Source of the DNA: a virus
Lineage: Duplodnaviria > Heunggongvirae > Uroviricota > Caudoviricetes
Direction: 5' to 3' (one strand)
Length of the DNA: 64,000 nucleotides
Virus record (IMG/VR): IMGVR_UViG_3300042482_001246
Shown piece after piece: positions 9,694 through 17,719 of this stretch. The notes below the pieces were generated by a model, which did not search any database, was not told where the DNA came from, and saw nothing but the letters and a program-made list of their open reading frames with translations. Position 1 is the first letter of the stretch, and each line of letters begins with the position of its first letter. The position numbers and the translations under genes are program-made.

Positions 9694-10158
9694 TTAGTTT
9701 TGAGTGAAGGCTTGGTCTGCCCAAGTCTTAGCTCCGAAGAATTCCCAAATCTTCATATCACACATATCGGGGAAAGACTCTCTCATTGTACCTACAGTCA
9801 ACACGTCCAAGAATCCTTTGTCGATACTGTTCCACTTGTTTCCTTTGGTGGTCAATACGTTCATCCAGTTACCGTATTCGTCCTTCACTTGAACGTTAAC
9901 AAGTGTGTTCTTCTTGTATCCACTGATAACTCGCTTGGGAGTTCCTTTGGTGTCGTGGATACTGATGAACCCTGCTCGACACTTACCAGCGATACGGAAC
10001 TCATACTCTTTGTTCTCGTCTTTAAGGTGGTTAGAAACCGATACAGTGTGACGTTTGCTCTTTACAATGGTTTCGAAACTTCCGTAGAATACGTCTCCTG
10101 CCATTACGCCTTCAGTAACTTTGATGATAGATTTTGGGGTGGTGGTTGTGGTTGTCAT
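9694..10158 (-). CDS. hypothetical protein (N-terminus MTTTTTT)
   Basis: 154 aa ORF with a terminator downstream and a TTTG-N19-TATCTTTG promoter-like element upstream. Confidence 0.6.
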   Translation of the reverse strand: MTTTTTTPKSIIKVTEGVMAGDVFYGSFETIVKSKRHTVSVSNHLKDENKEYEFRIAGKCRAGFISIHDTKGTPKRVISGYKKNTLVNVQVKDEYGNWMNVLTTKGNKWNSIDKGFLDVLTVGTMRESFPDMCDMKIWEFFGAKTWADQAFTQN

Positions 10159-10177
10159 ATGTGTGTGTATTTGTTTT

Positions 10178-10216
10178 TAACACTACAAAGATAGTGATAT
10201 TATCCAAACTGCCAAA
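10178..10216 (-). promoter_or_regulatory. Bacteroidota-type sigmaA promoter-like element (TTTG N19 TAnnTTTG)
   Basis: Minus-sense TTTGgcagtttggataatatcacTATCTTTG, about 25 nt upstream of the ATG at 10158. Confidence 0.4.
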
Positions 10217-10223
10217 ACTTTTT

Positions 10224-10529
10224 TTAAGAATTTCTACAACTTCCGTCACAACCTTGTCCGGCACCTTCGTAGTAGTTGGTCCTGAAGTCAACGTGGGTTC
10301 CTGTTGGTACGTTTGTTTTTCTACCACATTGGATACAAACTTCAAACCCATCGATACTGTTACCTAAACTTGTAACCATACCGTTCTCGTCTATCTGTAA
10401 CGTAACGTGTTCATCTCGGTTAGATTTCATTAACTCAATCTCATTCCAATATTTTTGACGAACATATTCACCGAGAGAATAATCGTTTGGGTGGGAGAGT
10501 ATTTCTTTTGATGTGATTTTTATTTCCAT
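10224..10529 (-). CDS. small hypothetical protein with C-terminal CxxC...C zinc-ribbon-like motif
   Basis: I trimmed the track ORF to the internal Met MEIKIT. The upstream 40 codons are AT-rich junk-like sequence. Confidence 0.5.
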   Translation of the reverse strand: MEIKITSKEILSHPNDYSLGEYVRQKYWNEIELMKSNRDEHVTLQIDENGMVTSLGNSIDGFEVCIQCGRKTNVPTGTHVDFRTNYYEGAGQGCDGSCRNS

Positions 10530-10617
10530 AGTTTTTTTTGTAAAAATAGTTTTAAGTTGTTTGTATGTAAACAAGATACCAGTCTTGTGGTATTTATTAA
10601 ATATCTTGAGGTAAAAT

Positions 10618-11142
10618 ATGAAATTAGATGACGTTTTAAGAATTTTCAAACATTCAGGTGGTTACCCAAACCCAAAAGCAACAGATATTTTGGATTTTAT
10701 GAATCTGAACAAAATCAAGTTCGCCCAAATGGTTGCAGATAGATTTGGTGAATCAGGGGCCGATAAGTTCTTCGACACCTCAGTAAAACGTTTATCTCAA
10801 AAAGATGGTGTATTTAAAATTTACCCATATGCTCAATGGGGACAGGATAACCCAAGTTATCTTGATTTGGATTTTAGTAATTCAAATACGGTTTTAGAAG
10901 AAGTTGGTAACCCTTACATTGGTATTTTGATTGAAGATTGGCAATTAAAAGATTCTTTAGTCGAGTTTATGGATGATGAAGGTAATACTCAAACATATAC
11001 ATTAGACGAACTTTTTGAAGTGATATCTGATGAAGAACCTTACCAACTTGATGATGCAATAGAAGATTGGATGTCTGTCATACAAAGGTCAATTTCAAAT
11101 TACTTAGGAGTTCCGGTAGTTTTAGGAAATAGGAAAAAATAA
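10618..11142 (+). CDS. hypothetical protein (plus strand, divergent from the neighbouring genes)
   Basis: 174 aa ORF followed immediately by a plus-sense terminator. Confidence 0.6.
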   Translation: MKLDDVLRIFKHSGGYPNPKATDILDFMNLNKIKFAQMVADRFGESGADKFFDTSVKRLSQKDGVFKIYPYAQWGQDNPSYLDLDFSNSNTVLEEVGNPYIGILIEDWQLKDSLVEFMDDEGNTQTYTLDELFEVISDEEPYQLDDAIEDWMSVIQRSISNYLGVPVVLGNRKK

Positions 11143-11146
11143 AAAA

Positions 11147-11174
11147 GGTCAGATGATATCTGACCTTTTCTTTT
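11147..11174 (+). terminator. rho-independent terminator
   Basis: ggtcagat-gat-atctgacc hairpin followed by ttttctttt. Confidence 0.7.
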
Positions 11175-11223
11175 GGGACTGACAGGATTTGTCAATCGAC
11201 TCCACCACCTGGACTACCAGGAT

Positions 11224-11517
11224 TTACTTGGTAACCAAAGCTTCCACTTTGGATTTCATATGTTCTGACAATGATACCTCACCAACCGTGGGTGTAATCA
11301 ATGAAGTCAAAACAATTGAATCAACCAAATATTTGTACGGAATGTGAACCAAGAAGTCGGTACCATTGAAGAAATCCAAATCTCCTTTGAGTTCCAAACA
11401 ACCGTGAACCATTTTCAAAAACAACTTAAACTGAATACCGTCAACAAAGGTTTCATTCAAGAGGGTCCCGAACTTCTCGTTCTCAATCCTAATATTGTAT
11501 GTAAAATTGATTTTCAT
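11224..11517 (-). CDS. small hypothetical protein
   Basis: Trimmed to begin after the terminator hairpin at 11558-11579. About 97 aa, no motif recognised. Confidence 0.3.
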   Translation of the reverse strand: MKINFTYNIRIENEKFGTLLNETFVDGIQFKLFLKMVHGCLELKGDLDFFNGTDFLVHIPYKYLVDSIVLTSLITPTVGEVSLSEHMKSKVEALVTK

Positions 11518-11550
11518 ACCACAAATATAGAAATAACTTTTCATATAAAC

Positions 11551-11579
11551 AAAAAAACCCGAAGATTTTTTTCTTCGGG
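11551..11579 (-). terminator. rho-independent terminator closing the tRNA/ncRNA transcription unit
   Basis: cccgaaga-ttttttt-cttcggg hairpin. The minus sense is followed by ttttttt. Confidence 0.6.
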
Positions 11580-11590
11580 TTCTGGCACTT

Positions 11591-12470
11591 AGGTTGAGAA
11601 TACACCTTCGATTAAGAATCTTTAGGGACATTATTGTTTCTTCCCGTTTCCACTACCTTTTGAGTAGTAATTCTTAGTGACGGTTCCTTAGGGGTACCAT
11701 TCCTTGAGTCGTGCGGTTACTCTCTTTGTACTTGTTACTCTCCGAGGTTGCCACCCCAGTGAATCCTTGCGGGATTAGAGAACTTTCTCAAGAATCATTT
11801 GGGTCTTGGGAACCCATAATGGCAATGAACATCTCATTACTATGTAGTCACCTTTCGCCTACGACTGACAGACACTTTTCCTTCGTCTTTTAGTATTTGC
11901 ATACTTCAAAATGCAAAGTTGTTGGTCTGTGGATGGTGAAAGTAGCGGTCTGCCAACCAGACAAGCCATCTTTTGAACGACTCGATACTGAACTACTCTC
12001 TGAGATATCCCTACCTCGATACTTCAAGAAATCTTCATAATTAAAATCTTGGTAGATTCTAACTAAGGTTACCAACAGCACCACCTGTACGATAACATGA
12101 CTTTCGTCTTTAAGACACCTCTGATATTGAATCCCGTGATTGTAAAGTTGGATGACTTTACTTCTCACAACAATTCTACGAGTTATTCTTATTGTTCTTC
12201 CGAACTCAACTCAACGACCCACATCGCTGAGTCATCATTCCATTTTGTCTACAGTGTCACCCTCGACTACTCAGGAACAATGATATCCCGCTTGCCTACT
12301 CGAGCTCTAAGAACCGAAGTTCAAAGAACCGCAGTCTCCGTTAACCTTCGGAGACCACTTTATCCCACTTTCGTGGTTTATTTATTGACCATAGGCGGCC
12401 AATTATCTTATTTACTAACCTGTTGGTTAGAAGGATAATCAAATATGTAAAAGAACGTGTTTCGTTAATT
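11591..12470 (-). ncRNA. candidate large structured non-coding RNA (GOLLD/ROOL-like class) downstream of the tRNA
   Basis: About 880 nt with no credible ORF in any frame. GC is visibly elevated over the roughly 33% GC background. Many local stem-loops (for example gtctccg-aaggttaa-cggagac). Bounded by a TTG-N20-TAACTTTG promoter-like element and a terminator. Confidence 0.3.
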
Positions 12471-12530
12471 GTTTCACAAAGTTAAGAAGATTATTTTAAT
12501 CTGTCAAGCACTTTGTAAAAGTTTTTTTTG

Positions 12531-12604
12531 TTGCGGGAGTCGGACTCGAACCGACGGCCTCAAGGTTATGAGCCTTGCGAGCTACCAACTGCTACCACCC
12601 CGCG
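12531..12604 (-). tRNA. initiator tRNA-fMet (anticodon CAU)
   Basis: Minus-sense CGCGGGGTGGTAGCAGTTGGTAGCTCGCAAGGCTCATAACCTTGAGGCCGTCGGTTCGAGTCCGACTCCCGCAA. Features: cloverleaf, TTCGAGT T-loop, CTCATAA anticodon loop, C1:A72 mismatch, and near-identity in layout to E. coli tRNA-fMet. CCA is not encoded. Confidence 0.85.
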
Positions 12605-12834
12605 ATATATTTTAAAGAACGTGATTCGAAAAAAAATCCCAAAACTTATATCCTCTCGAACACTCATTTTGGGATTTGGGGTTTGAGGATTCTACTCCTC
12701 TTCTTCCGAGTGTCTCACAAACTTACGAACAAATTTTGGACTTGTCAAATTGTTTATGAAACTTTTTTTGGGGGTATTATCTACCTTTCGGTAGAGTTTT
12801 ATAAATATATGCTAAAATTGGAAAAAACCAAGTC

Positions 12835-13254
12835 TTACAGTATATTCATTAACAATTTATTTAATTTTTCTCCTGTTTCAAGGTTTTTTACTTGTTTTTT
12901 GGTAAAATAACCACATTCGGTGTGTTCCTCACCGTCTTTGGCACTCTCCAAATCAGGTATAAGTTCCGTATCGCTATTGTATTCATATAGATACATTAGT
13001 CCCTTGAAGTGTTTACCATCACGCGTAAATCTTGGTAACATACCAGTGAACTTTAAGTTATCAGGATTCAAATCTAAATCAGTTTCTTCTTTAAATTCTC
13101 TAACAGCTGCCACCCTTGTCTCTTCCCCCTCTTCAATTTTTCCCGCAGGAACAGACCACATACCAGGGAAACTACCCTTCTTATTTCTCTTACATAGTAA
13201 GCATTTGTCACCAACTTTGACTAGTACACCGACGTATCTTTTGTAATCATTCAT
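12835..13254 (-). CDS. NUDIX hydrolase
   Basis: Nudix box GKIEEGEETRVAAVREFKEETDL. Confidence 0.8.
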   Translation of the reverse strand: MNDYKRYVGVLVKVGDKCLLCKRNKKGSFPGMWSVPAGKIEEGEETRVAAVREFKEETDLDLNPDNLKFTGMLPRFTRDGKHFKGLMYLYEYNSDTELIPDLESAKDGEEHTECGYFTKKQVKNLETGEKLNKLLMNIL

Positions 13255-13268
13255 ATTTATAGATATCT

Positions 13269-13619
13269 ATGAGAGTAAAAATAGGTGAAAATATATTCAA
13301 TGTGAAGATTAGACACGACAATAAAGGTCGTGCTATGGGTATGATGGGTCGTAAATTTACTGACGAGTATAACGGTATGTTATTCTTTATGGATGAAGAC
13401 TCAAGTTGTTTTTGGATGAAGAACTGCGTCATTCCTCTTGATATCATATTCATTGATAATAGAGTAATAACTAAGATACACCACGACTGTCCTCCTTGTA
13501 AAGAAGATGACTGTCCAAGTTATTGTGGAAAGGGTGGAATGATTTTAGAAATTATGGGTGGTTCTGCAAAAGAACTCGATATCAAAAAAGGTGATGAGAT
13601 TAAGATTCTTGTTGACTAG
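13269..13619 (+). CDS. DUF192 (COG1430) family protein
   Basis: GMLFFMD...FWMKNCVIPLDIIFID...CPPC..DCPSY...MILEI matches the DUF192 pattern. It lies antisense inside a minus-strand gene string. Confidence 0.65.
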   Translation: MRVKIGENIFNVKIRHDNKGRAMGMMGRKFTDEYNGMLFFMDEDSSCFWMKNCVIPLDIIFIDNRVITKIHHDCPPCKEDDCPSYCGKGGMILEIMGGSAKELDIKKGDEIKILVD

Positions 13620-15018
13620 CATCAATCTTCTCTTGTAACTTTCTCAAAAATTCCTCACCAATCATTTTAACAAACTTAATGTAAGGAGCGTCCTCTCTTT
13701 CAGGGTCGTATCTGTATGAACCTCTTGGTGGTCTTGTACTTCTTCCAAGATAGTTAAGTCCTGATATGTTGGTAATACATTTGTGTCCACCTGAGTTAGC
13801 TTGAATCAAGTCCCAAGCGTTGATACCAATCTTATCTAACATTTGCATTTCTTCTTCAGATAGTTGGTCGTATGGTTTTTCCATCATATCCTTAATTTTA
13901 TCAAGGATTTTTTCACCACCATCCATCATCATCAACTTACCACCATAAATTGCATCGAAGTCTTTGAATGTAAATCCTACTGATTCAGGTCCAACTGATG
14001 ATTCACTCACATACTTTATCGTTGATAATGGGATTGTTCTATCTTTAAGTTGTCCCTCCCATTTGGCCAGAACCTCTTGTGCAATCTCACCGAGATTAAC
14101 ACCTTTGAGTTCTCTATCTTTTTTGAATGGATTACAAGATGCCTGTACTAACCCTAACGGCCACATAATAATTAAGAAGTCAGCTTCAGGATTGTTTCTA
14201 AAAGGAGTGTATCGGTCATATGACCCAGTACCTTTTAAACTACCCATACCATACTGAACGATGATATTACCAATCTTCCTAACATTTGGATGACCTTTCA
14301 TTGAGTCCATATAGGTCTCAGCGTTTCTTTGAAGGTCCTCAGGTTTTTCTCTTGTATTGGAACCCATCCAAGATTTGATGTTGTTTAATATTGAAAGTAA
14401 GGATGGTTCCGAATCATTAACCAAGTATTCAAGGAACCCTTTCTTGTTTTTGAACGCCAACAATAGTTTGTTTGTAACAAATCCTAACAACATTTTGTTA
14501 CTAGCCAAATCTTTTTCTTTGTTAAGTCTAAACAAATAATTGATTACATCCTTGGTTGTTAAACCATATTTGGCAAAGTCTGCTGAGTCGACAGTTGATA
14601 TTAATCTAATGTCATCAGCAGGAAATAATTCTTTTGGTGAGATAATTTGTGAAATGGTTTCAACGTTTGACCTTGCCTGTCTAAAAGACTTTGAAGCGTC
14701 TTTCTCAGCACCGACTTGTTTGTCGTGGTGGTCAGTGTGAATAACAAACATTGGTTTACCGTGAGCAAAATCAACTAAGACTGGCATTACATCACCAGAT
14801 GCATCAGGTTTTTTAACTGAGAATTCTTTATCTCCATACTGTATAACCTCACTATCAACAACTTTAATACCATTATCTTCAAGGTATTTTTTCATTGCAA
14901 TTGCAGTTGTTACACCATCCAAATCTTGGTGGAAATATATTTTAGCCTTTGGGTATCTTTGTGCCAAAGCCTTAATGTCTCTTAAACCTGATTCCTTAAT
15001 TATTTTTTTCATACACAC
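13600..15018 (-). CDS. DHH-family phosphoesterase (NrnA/RecJ-like fold)
   Basis: IYFHQDLDGVTTAIAM ... VLVDFAHG ... IHTDHHD shows the DHH motifs I-III. 472 aa with a large C-terminal extension. Confidence 0.65.
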   Translation of the reverse strand: MCMKKIIKESGLRDIKALAQRYPKAKIYFHQDLDGVTTAIAMKKYLEDNGIKVVDSEVIQYGDKEFSVKKPDASGDVMPVLVDFAHGKPMFVIHTDHHDKQVGAEKDASKSFRQARSNVETISQIISPKELFPADDIRLISTVDSADFAKYGLTTKDVINYLFRLNKEKDLASNKMLLGFVTNKLLLAFKNKKGFLEYLVNDSEPSLLSILNNIKSWMGSNTREKPEDLQRNAETYMDSMKGHPNVRKIGNIIVQYGMGSLKGTGSYDRYTPFRNNPEADFLIIMWPLGLVQASCNPFKKDRELKGVNLGEIAQEVLAKWEGQLKDRTIPLSTIKYVSESSVGPESVGFTFKDFDAIYGGKLMMMDGGEKILDKIKDMMEKPYDQLSEEEMQMLDKIGINAWDLIQANSGGHKCITNISGLNYLGRSTRPPRGSYRYDPEREDAPYIKFVKMIGEEFLRKLQEKIDASQQES

Positions 15019-15021
15019 TAA

Positions 15022-15393
15022 TTACATTGATGGTAACATACTCATAAGAACCACATCGTTAGCTCTTAACCCATTTTTAGCCTTTAAATTACACAAATGA
15101 TTGAATTTATACATATGGTTCGCTTGCATCGTCATATCTTCTAATTTACTCAAACTATCACCAGGTTTGATTTTATACAACATTATGTTTTGCACACCTT
15201 CGTTTTTAATATCTTTAACTAAATCTTCTTTAGTGAAACAATATTTTGCACCGGCTTCAGTTGGTTTAGGACCTTTTTTAAGAATCTCTTCCGCTTTTTT
15301 AACGTAAAAAGATTCAGGTTGTGTCTGTTCACTAACAACCTTACGAATTAAGTTAGTTAATTCTGACTCTGTTAATCTAATAACTTTTTTCAT
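15022..15393 (-). CDS. hypothetical protein, possible LysM-like segment
   Basis: YKIKPGDSLSKL...NDVVLM resembles a LysM core. This is weak evidence. Confidence 0.45.
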   Translation of the reverse strand: MKKVIRLTESELTNLIRKVVSEQTQPESFYVKKAEEILKKGPKPTEAGAKYCFTKEDLVKDIKNEGVQNIMLYKIKPGDSLSKLEDMTMQANHMYKFNHLCNLKAKNGLRANDVVLMSMLPSM

Positions 15394-15764
15394 TAGTATT
15401 TAAGTGTTAATAGGTATTTTAATTTGTTTATTAATAGTAACATCTCATCTCTCAAGTTGAGTAAGTCGCTATCAACTTTAGGGTCTAATCTGTCAGTAAG
15501 TGAAATTAAAAATTCACACGTACCATCAATAAAGCTTTGTAATGACATTGATTCTAAGTCTTGAAACATAATTGAGAATGATTCTGTAAATTCAGGTCTA
15601 CCATATTTACCCATCATACCTTCAACAAAGTCATCAATGAATCCCCCCATTTTATCGTATACTTTACCGTATGCTCTGTGTTTTGCGTCATACATAGTTT
15701 GCCAATGTATAAATCTAAATTGGTTTTGTATTTGTACTAATTTTAATATTACTTCTTCTTTCAT
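15393..15764 (-). CDS. hypothetical protein
   Basis: 123 aa, start/stop coupled to its neighbours. Confidence 0.5.
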   Translation of the reverse strand: MKEEVILKLVQIQNQFRFIHWQTMYDAKHRAYGKVYDKMGGFIDDFVEGMMGKYGRPEFTESFSIMFQDLESMSLQSFIDGTCEFLISLTDRLDPKVDSDLLNLRDEMLLLINKLKYLLTLKY

Positions 15765-15765
15765 T

Positions 15766-16821
15766 TTAAGCCGTCATTGGTCCTTTTATTAATGTATTCA
15801 TAAACATACCCATTATATCCATTTTTTGTGAACCTAAAGACATTTCGTTACCACCATCTTTAACTTCATCTGATACTTTTGGGAAATCCTCTTGTAAATA
15901 TGTTTGTGCTTCAGGAGTTTTTTCATACTTCTCCATCTTGGCTAATAATTCGTCTTCCCCTCCAACTATTTTTTCAAGTTCATCTGGTCCAACAAAATTT
16001 GCAACACCTAAATAATCTAAGAATCCTAAATAGAATTTGGTTTTACCCATCAAAACTCTAATCTTCATATTACCTTTTCTCCATAGGTCCGAAACTCTTC
16101 CAGCACCTAATCCACCACCATAAAAAAATCTTTGTAAAAAATTTGGTTTGTTTAAAATTGTGGGGTCCAAGAATTTTTCTCTCTTAACTAACGACTCAAG
16201 TCCTTGAATTAGTTCTTGTTGTTGTTTAGCAGATTTAGTAGGTAATCTTTTCGCTAAAGAAGCCGCCTCAGTTCCAACACCTCTAAAAAGTCTTACCCAT
16301 TCTTTGATGGTGTTTTTAAATCCTCTTGTGATGGCTCCACCAGGTATACGGTCAATGAATTCATCAACTTTTGGTGCCCATTCTCTACCTTTTCTTGCGA
16401 AAGTACCAAGAGCACCTTCACTTTTAGCAATTTGATTTAGATATTTTTGCGCTTTAACAGTATCACCAGCATCAACTGCTTTAGATACCGCTCTCATTAA
16501 TTGAGGTGTTTTACCCCCAACTTTCATCGCTCCCATAACAGATTTACCTAAAGCATCACCAATGTAAGGGACAACAGAAATTAACGATAAAAAGGCATAA
16601 AGGTTATCGCCTTGTCTGTAATAAGATATTGCGTTTATTAAATCAGCAATTCCTGTTGGGTCTACAATCCCAACCAAACTTAACACATCATTTTTCCAAT
16701 TGTCCTCGTTAAGAGTTTTAGTATCAGAAGTTTTTTCCAATACCATAACACTCTTAATGATTTCAAGTTGGGATTCCGTTAATATTACTTGAGGCATAAA
16801 TTCTTTTACAATAAATACCAA
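15766..16821 (-). CDS. hypothetical protein
   Basis: 351 aa with no recognisable motif. Confidence 0.55.
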   Translation of the reverse strand: MVFIVKEFMPQVILTESQLEIIKSVMVLEKTSDTKTLNEDNWKNDVLSLVGIVDPTGIADLINAISYYRQGDNLYAFLSLISVVPYIGDALGKSVMGAMKVGGKTPQLMRAVSKAVDAGDTVKAQKYLNQIAKSEGALGTFARKGREWAPKVDEFIDRIPGGAITRGFKNTIKEWVRLFRGVGTEAASLAKRLPTKSAKQQQELIQGLESLVKREKFLDPTILNKPNFLQRFFYGGGLGAGRVSDLWRKGNMKIRVLMGKTKFYLGFLDYLGVANFVGPDELEKIVGGEDELLAKMEKYEKTPEAQTYLQEDFPKVSDEVKDGGNEMSLGSQKMDIMGMFMNTLIKGPMTA

Positions 16822-16827
16822 GAAGTT

Positions 16828-16858
16828 AAAAAGAAAACCCCCACTTTTTTAGTGAGGG
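16828..16858 (-). terminator. rho-independent terminator overlapping the methyltransferase stop codon
   Basis: Minus-sense ccctcact-aaaaaa-agtggggg followed by ttttctttt. Confidence 0.55.
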
Positions 16859-17718
16859 TTCTGATTGTTGAAATCGATGACTTGTTGTCTTCGTTGTTCT
16901 ACGAATAACCCGACTCTGTCTCGAGCCACTTTAGAATAGTTTGGACTCAGTTCAATACCAATCCATCTTCTGTCAAGTGTCTCAGCGGCGACCAAACTTG
17001 TACCTGAACCTGCGAATGGGTCAAGAACAATGTCATTCTTATACGTAAGAATTTTGATTGCCTTGGTTGGAATATCCATTGAGAACGTGGCTTTAGTTAG
17101 ACTTCGTGTGTCAGCAAAGTATTTCCACTGTCCGAAAACCAAATCGATGAACTCACGTTTTTGTTGTTCCGTATACATCATCTTTGGTCTCATATTACCA
17201 TCCTTACCTTCTACTTCTCCCATTTCGCCAGTCCATTCAGGTTGACCTTTTACTTTCTTAATGTGTTTGTTTTTGTATGCCAAAATAACACATTCTTTTG
17301 GGTTATAGATGTAAGGGGCTGAAGGGCTCATCCAAGACCCCCAAGCCGTGGTACGACTTCTATGTGGTGATTCTTCTTCAAGGTCAACAACTCCGAAGAA
17401 TTTGTAACCAATCTGTTTCATAATCTGCCACACTTCACTGACCATAAAGATTCTACCTCCTTTATCCTGACGGTTGATTTCGTATGGGATGTTAAGAGCA
17501 ATCCTACCATCATCTTTCAATACACGGTATGCTTGTTCCATCCACGAATATGTAAATTTTACATATTCCTCCCAAACCATATCATCTTCGTGAACATCAT
17601 AATCGATACCAACACCATAAGGTGGTGATGTAACAATCAGGTCCACTGAACCTTCAGGCATCGAAGCCATCACTTCAATACAATCTCCATTAATTACTCT
17701 TCCAATTAAATCTTCCAT
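16849..17718 (-). CDS. DNA methyltransferase (N6-adenine/N4-cytosine, beta class)
   Basis: Motif IV DLIVTSPPY near the N-terminus and motif I DPFAGSGTS near the C-terminus, which is beta-class order. No restriction endonuclease lies nearby. Confidence 0.8.
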   Translation of the reverse strand: MEDLIGRVINGDCIEVMASMPEGSVDLIVTSPPYGVGIDYDVHEDDMVWEEYVKFTYSWMEQAYRVLKDDGRIALNIPYEINRQDKGGRIFMVSEVWQIMKQIGYKFFGVVDLEEESPHRSRTTAWGSWMSPSAPYIYNPKECVILAYKNKHIKKVKGQPEWTGEMGEVEGKDGNMRPKMMYTEQQKREFIDLVFGQWKYFADTRSLTKATFSMDIPTKAIKILTYKNDIVLDPFAGSGTSLVAAETLDRRWIGIELSPNYSKVARDRVGLFVEQRRQQVIDFNNQNPH

Positions 17719-17719
17719 A

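Noticed and set aside
8852-9724. Annotated long start (MGRPSL..., TTG) for the gene ending at 8852
   Set aside because: That reading frame passes through a strong intrinsic terminator at about 9652-9692 and overlaps the upstream gene. The internal Met MTTTITT at about 9592 is the credible start.
11344-12438. Short ORFs (11344-11592, 11711-11893, 11890-12168, 12097-12438) within the tRNA-adjacent region
   Set aside because: They sit in mixed frames and strands with no coupling. One crosses a terminator hairpin. The region is better explained as non-coding structured RNA or decayed DNA.
12575-12910. Plus-strand 111-aa ORF
   Set aside because: It starts inside the tRNA gene (antisense) and runs through AT-rich intergenic DNA with a low-complexity translation. 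A plus-sense TATAAATATATG at about 12795 was also noted, but it has no convincing downstream gene.
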